A stretch of DNA of 64,000 nt from Planctomycetota bacterium (lineage in GTDB: Bacteria; Planctomycetota; UBA8108; SXIK01). Made by a program: the position numbers and the translations under genes. How positions within the stretch are numbered: position 1 is the first letter of the stretch; each line of letters begins with the position of its first letter. The stretch is from positions 3,360,001-3,424,000 of the forward strand of contig OZ244999.1 of assembly GCA_965223265.1 (NCBI GenBank), written 5' to 3'. Shown piece by piece: positions 1 through 10,703 of the stretch. The notes beneath the pieces are model-generated. The model was given only the letters and a program-made list of their open reading frames with translations, was not told where the DNA came from and did not search any database.

Positions 1-1727
1 ACTTGGCCGCCCGGCCATCGAATCTCGACATCCACCGCGGTGGCTTCGCCGACTCCAATGTGGACGCGCGGATCATTGCTCGAGAGATAGCTGTATCCCG
101 GCTGAATGTCACGTACCCACGTTTGCCGATTCGCCGAGACGGTGACGCGCGCACCGTAGACCTCGCCACCGCCCTTGCCTCGCGTTCGTACGATGATCCA
201 GTTTCCACGCTTTGGCGTGTCGTTGCGTAGCAGCCGAACGCTGCCGCCGCATGCGGTGACCAAGATGTCCATGTCGCCGTCGGCGTCGTAATCCCCGACT
301 GCGGCGCCGCGACCGATGTGAGCACGCCGTGCTGCCGGACCGAGCCAGTCCGGTCGCTCCGCGAAACGAAAACCGAACCCGGCCACCTGCGTGCCGCCTT
401 TCTCGTGGGACGGAAGATGCTCGAAGATTTGGTCAGGCTCAGCGTATCGATGCCATGGTGCGGGAAGATCTGCATCGGAAGCCTCCGCCCCGCGGTGAAT
501 GCGGCCATTGGTGACGAAGAGGTCGAGATCGCCGTCATGGTCTGCATCGAAAAATGCGGTGCCAAATCCCGTCAGCGGCCGACTCGCGCGCCCGAGTCCG
601 GTGCGAAACGTGATGTCCTCGAAACGTCCTCGACCATCGCCGGAGTACAACGTGTTCGTTTCGTTGGCCAGGTGCGTCACGAAGAGATCGAGTGCTTGGT
701 CGCCGTCGACATCCACGCTCTGCACGCCCATGCCTGCTTCGGCATCGCCCTGCTGATTGAAAGCCGCTCCCCATTCGACGCCGCGGTCGCGGAAGCGGGT
801 CCCATCGAGATTGATCCAAAGGTGGTTCGGGGATGCATCGTTGGCGACGTAGAAGTCGAGTCGGCCGTCGTGATTGAAGTCGCCACTGACCACGCCGAGG
901 CCGTTGCCCGTCACCTGACCGATTCCCGAGGAGATGGTGACGTCTTCGAATGTTCCATCGCCGCGGTTGCGGTAGAGAGAGTCGCGGATCGGGGGAAAGA
1001 ACAGGTTCGGGCCGCAGTACTCAAGATTCCCTTCGTTGTCGTGACAGTTGTCTGCCGCGACCCGGGGATGATCCATGTAGTTGGTGACGAACAGATCCAA
1101 GTGTCCGTCCTCGTCGTAGTCAGCGAAAATCGCGGAGGCACTCCAGCGCGCGTCGGCCACACCGGCTGCCGCAGTTACGTCCTCGAACGTTCCGTCGCCG
1201 CGATTGCGGTAGAGCGCGTTGGGCCCGAAGTTGGTGATGAAGAGATCCGGATGGCCGTCTGCGTCGACGTCGCCAACAGCGCAGCCCATGCCGTAGCCTG
1301 CGTCGTCACAGCCCGAAACGGTGCTGACGTCGCTAAACGTCACGCGTGCGGCAGAGCGTCCGTCGACGCCGCCGAGATCGTTCCGAAAGAGCCGGTTGCG
1401 GGAGCGCTTGGGGTCGAAGCCGGCGTTGATCAAGTAGGCATCGAGATCGCCGTCCCCGTCGTAGTCGATCCATGCGCAGCCGGATCCCATGATCTGCGGC
1501 AGCTGAAAAAGCTTCGCGTCGCCGCGGAAGTGGACTGAGGCGAGCCCGCACTCGCTGGCTACGTCGACGAAAGGCGCTGCGGCAGAGCTGGTGGCCGGGG
1601 GAACGCCGCTTTGTGTGGGGGTTGCATCGTCTTGATCGGTGGTCGACGGCGGCTGCGCCTTCGGGGTGCACCCGAACAAGGAGACGGCAAGGATTGTTAA
1701 GCTGATGTTTAGGCTGGCGAAGTTCAT
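1..1727 (-). CDS. CRTAC1/ASPIC-UnbV family lipoprotein with FG-GAP-like repeats (3' end runs off the window)
   Basis: Manual minus-strand translation from ATG 1727: MNFASLNISLTILAVSLFGC (lipobox), repeated DxDxDGxxD motifs (DYDGDGDLD, DVDADGHPD, DFNHDGRLD), C-terminal GYSYLSSNDPRVHIGVG...EIRWPGG typical of ASPIC/UnbV; no stop before position 1. Confidence 0.9.
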   Translation of the reverse strand, partial: MNFASLNISLTILAVSLFGCTPKAQPPSTTDQDDATPTQSGVPPATSSAAAPFVDVASECGLASVHFRGDAKLFQLPQIMGSGCAWIDYDGDGDLDAYLINAGFDPKRSRNRLFRNDLGGVDGRSAARVTFSDVSTVSGCDDAGYGMGCAVGDVDADGHPDLFITNFGPNALYRNRGDGTFEDVTAAAGVADARWSASAIFADYDEDGHLDLFVTNYMDHPRVAADNCHDNEGNLEYCGPNLFFPPIRDSLYRNRGDGTFEDVTISSGIGQVTGNGLGVVSGDFNHDGRLDFYVANDASPNHLWINLDGTRFRDRGVEWGAAFNQQGDAEAGMGVQSVDVDGDQALDLFVTHLANETNTLYSGDGRGRFEDITFRTGLGRASRPLTGFGTAFFDADHDGDLDLFVTNGRIHRGAEASDADLPAPWHRYAEPDQIFEHLPSHEKGGTQVAGFGFRFAERPDWLGPAARRAHIGRGAAVGDYDADGDMDILVTACGGSVRLLRNDTPKRGNWIIVRTRGKGGGEVYGARVTVSANRQTWVRDIQPGYSYLSSNDPRVHIGVGEATAVDVEIRWPGGQ

Positions 1728-2401
1728 TTTCGGCTTTGCAAAGCGCTGCTCGGTGCTTGGCGAGCGAAAGCAAGTATGATGATACCAGAAGGAGACGTTT
1801 CGGCTGTGTGTCGCAAGGAGCCGACCTCGCGGTGTTCTCGCTGCCTGAACTCGGGCGGCGAATTCAGGGCGGCGAGCGGCCAGGCGAGAGTTGGCGTTCC
1901 GCGTCGCGTTCCCAGGCTCTTCGAGAACCGGCCGGTGAGCCCCTAAGAAATCACAAACTTCTGCCAAAATCGACTCGAACAAACGAGCGCTCAGGCGCTT
2001 GCAAACGTCCCTTCTGCTTGTCAAACTCTACGTTGTCAACGTCTGTTACAGTGTCGATTTAGCTTCAGGTTCGCGAACGGAGATTGGTGAGATGGCCGGG
2101 GTCGCCGCTGCACTGCCTCTCAAAGACGCCTTTGAGAGTCGCGCCAGGCTATACCTCCTGCCAGCCATCGCGCTTCCCGATCCTGTTGAGCGAGAATAGC
2201 GCGCGGGACGAAACTTCGGAGGCTGCTCTTCTGGGTAGACCGTTCGGCGGGGGCGGTCCTGCACATGGATTGCGAGTTTGGTCAGCGCCGTCCGCCGAGA
2301 CGCGCTGGTCTGCCCGGGGACTCTCGGGCGCCGAGGGCTGCGCGCGCCGTGAACGTCGTGACGGGGTCGTCCGTCTCGACCGCAATCCTGTGAGAAGACA
2401 G

Positions 2402-5400
2402 ATGAGGCACAGAGACGCTGGTCTCCTTGGAGCAACGCTCGCCATCCTCTGCACTTCCGCTGCCGTCTGGGGGCTGCCCGCCGGATTTGTTGAGGAGGCC
2501 GTTGATGCGGGATGGAACAACGTCTGCGGCCTCACGTTCGACGACCACGGGCGGCTATTCGCCTGGGAGCGAAGTGGCCGCGTCTGGATTGTGGAGGGCG
2601 GCGTCCGCCAGTCGACACCGTTTGCCGATCTCACTGCAGAAGTAGGAGGTTGGCGTGACTACGGGCTTCTCGGTTTCGCGCTGCATCCGAACTATATCAA
2701 CACCGGCTTCGTTTACTTTTTCTACGTCGTTGATCGTCACCACCTCATGCACTTCGGTACACCGCAGTACGACGCCGCGACCAACGAGTACTTCGACGCG
2801 ACGATCGGCCGCATCGTGCGGTATCGCGCCGCACCAGGCGAAGGTTCGACCGATTACAGCCAGTCGAGCACGATCGATCTGTCGACTCGTACAGTTCTCG
2901 TCGGGGAGAGCAAAGAGGCAGGTGTGCCGATCCTTCATCAGTCGCATGGCGTCGGCGCGCTCGTGTTCGGTAGCGATGGTACGCTGCTTGCTTCCTGCGG
3001 TGACGGTGCGAGTTACCTCTCCCTCGACACCGGCGACGCACCGGAGTCGTACGCCGTGCAGGGGCTCGTGGATGGCATCGTTTCGAGCAAGGAGAACATC
3101 GGTGCCTTCCGAGCTCAGCTCCTCGACAGCCTGAGCGGCAAGATTCTTCGCATCGATCCGGAGACTGGCGATGGCGTGGCTTCGAATCCTTTCTTTGACC
3201 CGGCAAGGCCGCGATCCGCACAATCGCGCGTTTGGTCTCTCGGTCTGCGCAACCCGTGCCGCATGGCGTTGCGGCCCGGCACTGGCAGCCACCGGCCGGC
3301 CGACGGGGACCCCGGCGTATTGTACGTAGGCGATGTTGGTTGGGGGAGGTTTGAGGATCTCCACGTAGTCACGGCACCGGCACAGAACTTCGGTTGGCCG
3401 CTGTTCGAAGGATTAACTCCCTTGAACGACTACTGGATCGAGAAAACGCCGAACCTCGATGCCCCCAATCCGCTCTTTGGGCCAGACTGTGAACAGGAGT
3501 TTTTCTACTTTCAAGATCTCCTGCAGCAGGAGACGCGTGACGGAGTGACGCGTTTTTTGAATCCGTGCGACCTGAACCAAGAGATACCGTCTGGCGTCGC
3601 TGTGTTCAGCCACAGTCGGCCAGCGATCGATTGGGGACGCGGCGTCGACGGTCCCGCGAGGACCGGAGTCTTTGCGGCCGACGGAACCGCTCAGGTGGCT
3701 ACCGTTGGCGCCGTTGACTCGCCGATCGTAGGGAGTTCGTTCCCCGGTAACGCCTCCATCGGTGGCGCGTGGTACACCGAAGGACCTTTTCCGGTCGAAT
3801 ACCACAATACGTACTTTCATGCCGACTACGGTGAGCGCTGGATCCGTCGCTTCCGGTTTGACGCGAACGATCGCCTGCTGGAGGTCGATGAATTCATCAG
3901 TGGACGGCGAGTTGTCGCGATCGCGATGAACCCCGTCGACGGTTGCCTTTACTACGTCGACTATGGTGCCAATATTTGGAAGGTGTCCTACGTTCCCAGG
4001 GAGAACCAGCCACCGCTCGTCGTCGCTCGACAGGATCGACTGTTCGGAGTCAGCCCTCTCGTCGTTGCCTTCGACGCCAGCGGGTCGATGGATCCCGAAG
4101 GCAGGGCGCTCGCGTACAGTTGGGACTTTGGCGACGGGGCGTCGTCTACCGAGGTGAGTCCACAACACGTATTTCGTGCTGACGGGGGGGGGCCGCGACG
4201 CTTCGACGTTAAGCTTCGGGTCACCGACGCCGAGTCTGCGTTCAGCGAAGCCGAGCTGATCGTTTCGGTCAACAATACGCCGCCTGTCGTGCGCATCACG
4301 AGCCCCGTCGACGGCACGCAGTACCCGATGACTCGTGAGACCGCATTCGATCTGACGGCCGAGATCTCAGACGGCGAGTCAGCTCAAGGGGATCTGATCT
4401 GTGCGTGGCAAACGTCGCTTCATCACAACAACCACACTCACGACGAAGACGTCGACCCGAATTGTTCGACGACCAGCGTGATTTCGCCGATCGGCTGCGA
4501 TGGCCAGGCCTACTTCTACCGAGTGACGCTGACGGTGAGCGACCCCGCCGGGCTCTCAACTGTGGAAGAGGTCACGCTTTTCCCCGCCTGCGACGGCCTG
4601 CCACCGGTCGCACGGGACGACCACGCGGTCGTCAATCAAGGGTACGCCGTTGAGATCGACGTTCTCAGCAACGACTTTGACCCCGACGGCGAGATTGACC
4701 CCATGTCGATTCGCCTGTTGAGATTGCCACAACACGGAACGCTCGACGTTGCTGCCGATGGCGGCGTCGTGATGTACACACACGATGGCAGCGACGCCAA
4801 TGCCGACACTTTCTCGTACGTTGTCGCCGACGACACCGGTAGCGAATCGAATCCCGCCTGGGTGTTTCTCGAGGCTGTGAACGATGCGCCGTCGGTGAAA
4901 CTCGAGAGCCCGACTGTGGGAGACACCTTTCGTCTCGGCGACTCCCTGCAGTTGCAAGCTGAAGCGTTCGATCTCCAGGACGGGAGCGACCTGACTTACC
5001 GTTGGCAGCTGCATTTTTTTCACAATGACCACGTCCATGAAGAGGTGTTCGTTTGGGACGGTCCCGATCCGCCGGCAGTCAGACTCGACGGGACCCCCGA
5101 CGTCGCAGATGGTGATCGATACTCTTATCTCGTTCTCGTCAGCGTTGAAGATGTGGTCGGCGTGCGGCGGGAGGACGCGGTGCACTTGCTCGCGGCCGAG
5201 CTGGCGCCGAACGCGCCGCCGCAGGCGCGGTTTCGATCAACTCCTGCGTCGGGCTCAGCACCTCTACGCGTCGTATTTGACGCTGAGGAGAGCACTGACC
5301 CGGATCGCGACGCTTTGGTGTACAGCTGGAGTTTCGGCGACGGTCACTTCGGCCGCGGGGCGACGGCCGAGCATATCTACAGCGATCATGGCGTTTACTA

Positions 5401-6475
5401 CGCGCAGCTGCAGATCGTCGACGCAGGCGGCGCCCACGCGACGCGGGTCGAACTCGTCACGGTGACGGAGCTCGGTTTGGATGCGACGTATTTTGACGGC
5501 GCGAACCTGTCCACACCTTTGCTCCAACGCGTGGACCCACAAATCAACTTTGATTGGGGGGCTGGTACGCCGGATTCGACCGTCGACCCCGAGTCGTTCT
5601 CCGTCCGTTGGGTGGGACGGGTGCGACCACAGTTCAGCGAGCTCTACACGTTTCACACCGTCAGCGACGGCGGCTTGCGGCTTTGGATCGATAACATAGC
5701 AGTGGTTGATCGATGGGAGCTTCTGGCATTTGAAGAGCAGAGCGGATCGATCGAGCTCCGAGCGGGGGTCAACGCCGCCTTGGTGGTGGAGTACTTTCAC
5801 GCCGGCGGCGATGCGGTCGCACAGCTATCGTGGTCGAGCCCTAGCCAGGCCCGAGAGGCCGTTCCCGCTGACGCACTGCTGCGTCCTCTTGGAGGGAATC
5901 AGCCGCCGGTGGTGGACGCCGGGCCGCCGCGAGTTGGGGTCGCCGGTGGCGTCGTCCATTTACTGGGACGTGTCGTCGACGACGGATTGCCGGAGAATCC
6001 CGGTCGAGTGCACGTTCAGTGGCACGCCCTGAGCGGGCCAGCAGCGCCGACGTGGCCTACCGGCGATTCCGACGATGAGCACACCCACGTTCTCTTTCCG
6101 GCCACCGGCACGTACGAGTTGCGGTTGACGGCGTCTGACGGCGCGGCGAATCATTTCGATGACGTGACGGTGACTGTCGTCGCCGCGGCGGAGTTTCGGC
6201 GCGGCGATGCCAACGACGACGACCGCCACGACATCAGCGATGCGATCTTCGCGCTGCGCAGTCTGTTCTCAGGGCAGTCAGGGGTTCACTGCCAAGCGGC
6301 TCTCGACAGCAACGATGACGGCGCTGTCGACGTCTCCGACCCGGTCTACTTGCTCAATCATTTGGTCGCGGGAGGTGATCCGGTGCCGGCTCCGTTTCCC
6401 GGCTGCGGAGCTGATCCGACCAGTGATGCCCTGTCGTGTCTGGAGTCGAGCTGTGGGCCTTTAGCTGCGCACTGA
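2402..6475 (+). CDS. Secreted multidomain protein: PQQ-dependent sugar dehydrogenase-like beta-propeller + PKD/Ig-like domains + PA14 + C-terminal dockerin-like domain
   Basis: ORF 2084..6475, likely start ATG 2402 (signal peptide follows). GSDH motifs GLLGFALHP, SGKILRIDP, LGLRNP, DVGW; PKD motifs YSWDFGDG and YSWSFGDG; PA14 RVDPQINFDWG...FSVRWVG; FRRGDANDD tail. Confidence 0.88.
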   Translation: MRHRDAGLLGATLAILCTSAAVWGLPAGFVEEAVDAGWNNVCGLTFDDHGRLFAWERSGRVWIVEGGVRQSTPFADLTAEVGGWRDYGLLGFALHPNYINTGFVYFFYVVDRHHLMHFGTPQYDAATNEYFDATIGRIVRYRAAPGEGSTDYSQSSTIDLSTRTVLVGESKEAGVPILHQSHGVGALVFGSDGTLLASCGDGASYLSLDTGDAPESYAVQGLVDGIVSSKENIGAFRAQLLDSLSGKILRIDPETGDGVASNPFFDPARPRSAQSRVWSLGLRNPCRMALRPGTGSHRPADGDPGVLYVGDVGWGRFEDLHVVTAPAQNFGWPLFEGLTPLNDYWIEKTPNLDAPNPLFGPDCEQEFFYFQDLLQQETRDGVTRFLNPCDLNQEIPSGVAVFSHSRPAIDWGRGVDGPARTGVFAADGTAQVATVGAVDSPIVGSSFPGNASIGGAWYTEGPFPVEYHNTYFHADYGERWIRRFRFDANDRLLEVDEFISGRRVVAIAMNPVDGCLYYVDYGANIWKVSYVPRENQPPLVVARQDRLFGVSPLVVAFDASGSMDPEGRALAYSWDFGDGASSTEVSPQHVFRADGGGPRRFDVKLRVTDAESAFSEAELIVSVNNTPPVVRITSPVDGTQYPMTRETAFDLTAEISDGESAQGDLICAWQTSLHHNNHTHDEDVDPNCSTTSVISPIGCDGQAYFYRVTLTVSDPAGLSTVEEVTLFPACDGLPPVARDDHAVVNQGYAVEIDVLSNDFDPDGEIDPMSIRLLRLPQHGTLDVAADGGVVMYTHDGSDANADTFSYVVADDTGSESNPAWVFLEAVNDAPSVKLESPTVGDTFRLGDSLQLQAEAFDLQDGSDLTYRWQLHFFHNDHVHEEVFVWDGPDPPAVRLDGTPDVADGDRYSYLVLVSVEDVVGVRREDAVHLLAAELAPNAPPQARFRSTPASGSAPLRVVFDAEESTDPDRDALVYSWSFGDGHFGRGATAEHIYSDHGVYYAQLQIVDAGGAHATRVELVTVTELGLDATYFDGANLSTPLLQRVDPQINFDWGAGTPDSTVDPESFSVRWVGRVRPQFSELYTFHTVSDGGLRLWIDNIAVVDRWELLAFEEQSGSIELRAGVNAALVVEYFHAGGDAVAQLSWSSPSQAREAVPADALLRPLGGNQPPVVDAGPPRVGVAGGVVHLLGRVVDDGLPENPGRVHVQWHALSGPAAPTWPTGDSDDEHTHVLFPATGTYELRLTASDGAANHFDDVTVTVVAAAEFRRGDANDDDRHDISDAIFALRSLFSGQSGVHCQAALDSNDDGAVDVSDPVYLLNHLVAGGDPVPAPFPGCGADPTSDALSCLESSCGPLAAH

Positions 6476-6509
6476 ACGAGTCGACTTGGGACGACTCTTT
6501 GGTGCGAGA

Positions 6510-7763
6510 TCACTGCGCCTCACCGTGAATCCACGCGACGTCAACGACTGTGTGCTGTATCGATCTGCCACCGCGCACGGAGTACGAGTAGGTCATATGG
6601 AGCTTGCCGTCTCGACTCTGCAGGATTGACGGGTAGCCGAATCCGCCGGGTTCACCCTCTGACAGTTCATCCAAGGTTCGTTTTTGCTTCCAGCTAACTC
6701 CCTCGTCGTCCGAGAGAGCTAACGCTATCCGCCGCCGCGACCTCTCTGTGTCGTTGAAGATCATGATCCAAGTGCCGTCGCGAAGCTTGATGACTTCAAG
6801 GCTCGAGCCAGGGTTGGGGACATCTGTATCGCTTGCGACGGACCATGTCGCACCGAAATCGGACGAGGTGCTGACGAGGACACGCTCTGGAGAGTCGCCG
6901 GCGTCGCGCATATAGGCGACGACCGTTCCGTCGCTCTTTTGGACTAGCGTCGGTTGAATCCCGCCAAGCCCGACGATCGGCCGACTCGCATGCCACGTGT
7001 CGCCTCCATCGTCCGAGATGCCGACCAGCGAAAGGTTGAAACCGTCGGAATAGAGCGGCAGGAGAATGCGGCCACTCGGCAGTGTGGTCGGATGGATCCG
7101 AGTCATCCAGCCAGTCTGTCGCTTGATCTTGTCGCGAGCTGCGGCGGCAATCAGTTTCGAGTAGCGAGGTGCGTACTCCGCCCAGAGCGGCTCGGAGGGG
7201 CGGAGAACCGCGAAGTCGTCGGCGATCGCCCGGGCAAAACTTTCGCCTGGAACGAAGTGGATTGTGTCCTGCCATGCCCACTTAGGTGCGCCGGCGTCTT
7301 GAAAATCTGTCGCCCGGCGATACTTGAGCACCGAATGTTCCCAGCGATTGGCCACGACGACGATCCAAAAAAGCCAAAGCCGCTGGTGTGGATCGATCCA
7401 GAGAACGGGGTTGCAGTCGGGGAGCCCTGGCGTGTCGGCCATGAGGAACACATCGCTCCAGGCGTTACCGTCTGCATCCATGCGGGCGCCTTGGATCTGG
7501 ACGTCGTTAGCGCGTCTTTCGCCCGAACCGCGAAACCAGCACGCAAGGAATCCACCGTCTGGAGTCTGGACGATGCTGCTCGAGTGGACATGTTTGTTCT
7601 GCAGCGGAAAGATATGACGCGACAGACGCTCCCCCGCCGTCGCCTCGTTTGCGACGAGGCACTGAGAGGCGGTCGCGCCGAGAACGAGACTGAGGAGGAC
7701 CGCCCGGGTCACGCATGGCGCCAGGGCGTCCGTGCTGCCATGCAACCGGATGCATCGATTCAT
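6510..7763 (-). CDS. Sialidase/neuraminidase-like BNR-repeat hydrolase
   Basis: Asp-box repeats SDDGGDTW, SSDFGATW, SDDEGVSW; signal-peptide-like N-terminus; start uncertain (ORF extends to 7898). Confidence 0.85.
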   Translation of the reverse strand: MNRCIRLHGSTDALAPCVTRAVLLSLVLGATASQCLVANEATAGERLSRHIFPLQNKHVHSSSIVQTPDGGFLACWFRGSGERRANDVQIQGARMDADGNAWSDVFLMADTPGLPDCNPVLWIDPHQRLWLFWIVVVANRWEHSVLKYRRATDFQDAGAPKWAWQDTIHFVPGESFARAIADDFAVLRPSEPLWAEYAPRYSKLIAAAARDKIKRQTGWMTRIHPTTLPSGRILLPLYSDGFNLSLVGISDDGGDTWHASRPIVGLGGIQPTLVQKSDGTVVAYMRDAGDSPERVLVSTSSDFGATWSVASDTDVPNPGSSLEVIKLRDGTWIMIFNDTERSRRRIALALSDDEGVSWKQKRTLDELSEGEPGGFGYPSILQSRDGKLHMTYSYSVRGGRSIQHTVVDVAWIHGEAQ

Positions 7764-8160
7764 GTTTGTATTACTCCTGTGATCGCGCTCGATTGGCCGG
7801 AGCCGTCGCTCGGGCGCGGACTTGCGATGCCTATCCTGAGGAACGTGAACAGTGTGAGCGACTCCAAGACAGGTAGGATGAGAGATGGGCCCGAACAACG
7901 GGTCGTGGGCAAAGAATCCGAGTATCGACCTTCAGGAGCTTCCTCGGCCAGCCCCTTGCTGAACAAGCGTCCCGTGCCGGGGATCTCCCAGCGCCAAAGA
8001 AATCGCGGTCGCGTAGTCGAAAGGGTGAGACGCTCAGAAGGATATGTTACAAAAGAGAATCGGGGTTTGTCGCTGAGCGTTTCAGCGACCGCGCAAGGTG
8101 GTGTCCATCATTTCAGTACTGCGAGGGCAATGGCGACAGCCGTTGTTGCGCGGTGGCTAA

Positions 8161-8319
8161 CAGTCTGTTGAAAAGTCAATCGGCTGGGGAACCGGCCTCT
8201 TCACGCTCAGCTCAGCCGCGGCGAGCCTCGCCATCGATCGACGAGGCCGCGGAAAGTGCCGACAGTCGCTACGGTCGATCTGGACGTGGAGTGACCAGTT
8301 TTCAGCTTTCGATAGGCTG
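8161..8319. mobile_element. MITE-like repeat family, copy A (degenerate)
   Basis: CTAA|CAGTCTGTTGAAAAGTC...GATAGGCTG; aligns by eye with the reverse complement of 39351-39509. Confidence 0.65.
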
Positions 8320-8364
8320 TGAATTGAGTTTGTTCTTTGTTGGACGACGGCGCTACCGGCGGCG

Positions 8365-8961
8365 ATGGCAGAGGTGTTTAAAATGTTACCAATGAGCGAT
8401 CTGGTCCGAAGCGAATGTCCACCTGGGCGTGAAGGTCCGGTGACTCAGCAGTGGCGTGTACCCGGAGCTGCTGGGGCTCTGCGGCGCGTCGATGTCCTCA
8501 TCGCTGTGTTCGCGGCGGTGATCGGGTTTGGCTGCGGCACCGCGGCAGAATCACATGCCTACCATCAGCCGTCTGCCGAGGAAGTCGAGGCGCGAGAGTT
8601 GTTTCTTGCGGCCCACCCTGATTTGCCGCCGGCGGTGGCGCACCAGATTCGTCGTTTTCAGGTCTCACCTGAGGATGCACTGCGCCGCGTGGAATATGTT
8701 CGGCAGGAGCATCAGCTGTCCAGTCGGAGGAAAAACGTTATTCTGTCGGGCGTCGTGCAACCTGGAATGACGGCGGCGGAAGTACGTGCCGCGTGGGGCG
8801 AACCCGTCGAAATACAGCACAAGGACTCGTTCGAATTTTGGATTTACCCAGCAGAACAGTCGGAGAATCGCGTCACCGTGCTTAGGTTTCAAGACGGTCG
8901 AATGATTCTTCGTCGTGATGAATCGAGCATTGATGCCTTCCGCCTCAGAGGGGTGAAGTGA
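8365..8961 (+). CDS. Hypothetical lipoprotein with SmpA/BamE-like motif
   Basis: Hydrophobic stretch ending IGFGC; GMTAAEVRAAWGEP...EFWIY motif; start uncertain. Confidence 0.6.
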   Translation: MAEVFKMLPMSDLVRSECPPGREGPVTQQWRVPGAAGALRRVDVLIAVFAAVIGFGCGTAAESHAYHQPSAEEVEARELFLAAHPDLPPAVAHQIRRFQVSPEDALRRVEYVRQEHQLSSRRKNVILSGVVQPGMTAAEVRAAWGEPVEIQHKDSFEFWIYPAEQSENRVTVLRFQDGRMILRRDESSIDAFRLRGVK

Positions 8962-8988
8962 CGTGAAAGGAAGCGAGAGCTAACAGAA

Positions 8989-10374
8989 ATGACTACGGAG
9001 CATTCGGGGACGCGCGGTGATTGGAGCCCCACGTCATGGCGCACGAAGGCAGCCAAGCAGCAACCGACGTATGACGATCGTGCGCGGTTGGAGGACGCGA
9101 TGTCGCGTCTGTCGCGACTGCCGCCGTTAGTCACGAGCTGGGAGATCGAGGAACTGAGGCGACAGCTCGCGGAGGCCGAAGCCGGTCAGCGATTCTTGCT
9201 TCAGGGGGGAGATTGTTCCGAGAATTTCGACGAGTGTGAGTCCGGCGCGATCGCCAACAAGCTCAAGATTCTACTGCAGATGAGCTTGGTGTTGGTGCAC
9301 GCCAGCCGTCGTCGTGTGATTCGAGTTGGTCGCTTCGCCGGTCAGTACGCTAAGCCGCGGTCGGCGGACGAAGAGACTAAAGACGGGGTGGTGCTGCCTA
9401 CCTATCGGGGCGACATGATCAACTCTCTTGATTTCACTCCCGAGGACCGTCGACCCGACCCGGAGCGAATGCTGCGCGCCTACGAACGATCGGCATTGAC
9501 CTTGAACTTCGTTCGCTCGCTCGTCGACGGTGGGTTCGCCGACCTTCATCACCCCGAGTATTGGGATCTCGAATTTGTCCGACACTCACCGCAAGCCGCA
9601 GAATACCAGCGGCGCGTCGAGGCGATTGGGGAATCACTCAGGTTCATGGAATCGCTTGCTGGGGTGCGCGTCGGCGAGATCAATCGAGCCGAGTTCTACT
9701 CCAGCCATGAAGGGCTCCATCTCTACTACGAACAAGCTCAGACTCGCCAAGTGCCACGGCGTGTTGGGTGGTACAACCTGTCGACTCATTTTCCTTGGAT
9801 TGGCGAGCGCACGCGCGATCTCGACGGCGCTCACGTCGAGTACTTCAGAGGCATCGTCAACCCGATCGGAGTGAAGATCAGTGCTGGCATCGAGCCTGAC
9901 GAGCTTCTTCAACTCATCGACGCGCTCAACCCTGATAACGAGCGTGGACGTTTGACTTTGATCCACCGCTTCGGTGCAGGGAAGATCGCGTCCGCTTTGC
10001 CGGCGTTGATCGAGGCAGTGCGTGGCCGCGGTCGCAATGTGCTGTGGTGCTGCGATCCGATGCACGGAAACACTGAGACTACAGCAAGCGGCTTGAAGAC
10101 GCGGGACTTCGATAAGGTTCTCTCGGAGCTCGAACAAGCGTTTGAGGTTCATCGGGAGTGCGGGTCGCATGTGGGTGGTGTCCACGTTGAGCTCACCGGC
10201 GACAACGTTACCGAGTGCATCGGTGGTGCGCGTGGGCTCGACGAGACAGATTTATCCCGCGCATACCGCAGCCAGGTCGATCCTCGGCTTAACTACGAAC
10301 AGGCGCTCGAGCTCGCAATGCTCCTGGCGCGGCGCTTGGAAGCCTCGCTCAAGGACGGCGGCGACAGCGTCTGA
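8989..10374 (+). CDS. 3-deoxy-7-phosphoheptulonate (DAHP) synthase class II
   Basis: FLLQGGDCSE, RFAGQYAKPRS, WIGERTR, CDPMHGNT, DPRLN motifs. Confidence 0.95.
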   Translation: MTTEHSGTRGDWSPTSWRTKAAKQQPTYDDRARLEDAMSRLSRLPPLVTSWEIEELRRQLAEAEAGQRFLLQGGDCSENFDECESGAIANKLKILLQMSLVLVHASRRRVIRVGRFAGQYAKPRSADEETKDGVVLPTYRGDMINSLDFTPEDRRPDPERMLRAYERSALTLNFVRSLVDGGFADLHHPEYWDLEFVRHSPQAAEYQRRVEAIGESLRFMESLAGVRVGEINRAEFYSSHEGLHLYYEQAQTRQVPRRVGWYNLSTHFPWIGERTRDLDGAHVEYFRGIVNPIGVKISAGIEPDELLQLIDALNPDNERGRLTLIHRFGAGKIASALPALIEAVRGRGRNVLWCCDPMHGNTETTASGLKTRDFDKVLSELEQAFEVHRECGSHVGGVHVELTGDNVTECIGGARGLDETDLSRAYRSQVDPRLNYEQALELAMLLARRLEASLKDGGDSV

Positions 10375-10703
10375 GGTGCGTCGGGTCTTATGGTGTTCGC
10401 CGGCGCCGTCGACGACGCAGTCGGTCACGAGAGGGGGGCTCATCGACGCAGTGCGACCGGGTTGAGTCGAGCCTGAGACCACCGTACAATCCAGCGCCTC
10501 AGTCCAGCACCGCTGGGTCTTCGGTTTGGAACAGGTGGAGAGATTCAGCTCAGCGGGAGAGGAGAAATTTGACCACAGCGAGGCACGAAGGTGGAGAGAT
10601 GAACAGGCGGGAGTGTGAGTTGTTCGCTTTCGATTGCCCGGCTCCCGCGTTGGTGGAGGCCACTACTCTCCGCCGAGCGATTCAAGATAGGACGGTGTAA
10701 CGC

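Noticed and set aside
318-1538. 406-aa plus-strand ORF
   Set aside because: Antisense shadow of the ASPIC/UnbV gene; no recognisable motifs
6954-8171. 405-aa plus-strand ORF
   Set aside because: Antisense to the sialidase-like gene; typical high-GC shadow ORF
10530-10620. Repeated GGTGGAGAGAT and GCGGGAG motifs suggesting a glycine riboswitch
   Set aside because: Lacks the CTCTCAGG and full CCGAAG elements, and the downstream gene is not glycine-related; a cmsearch would settle it
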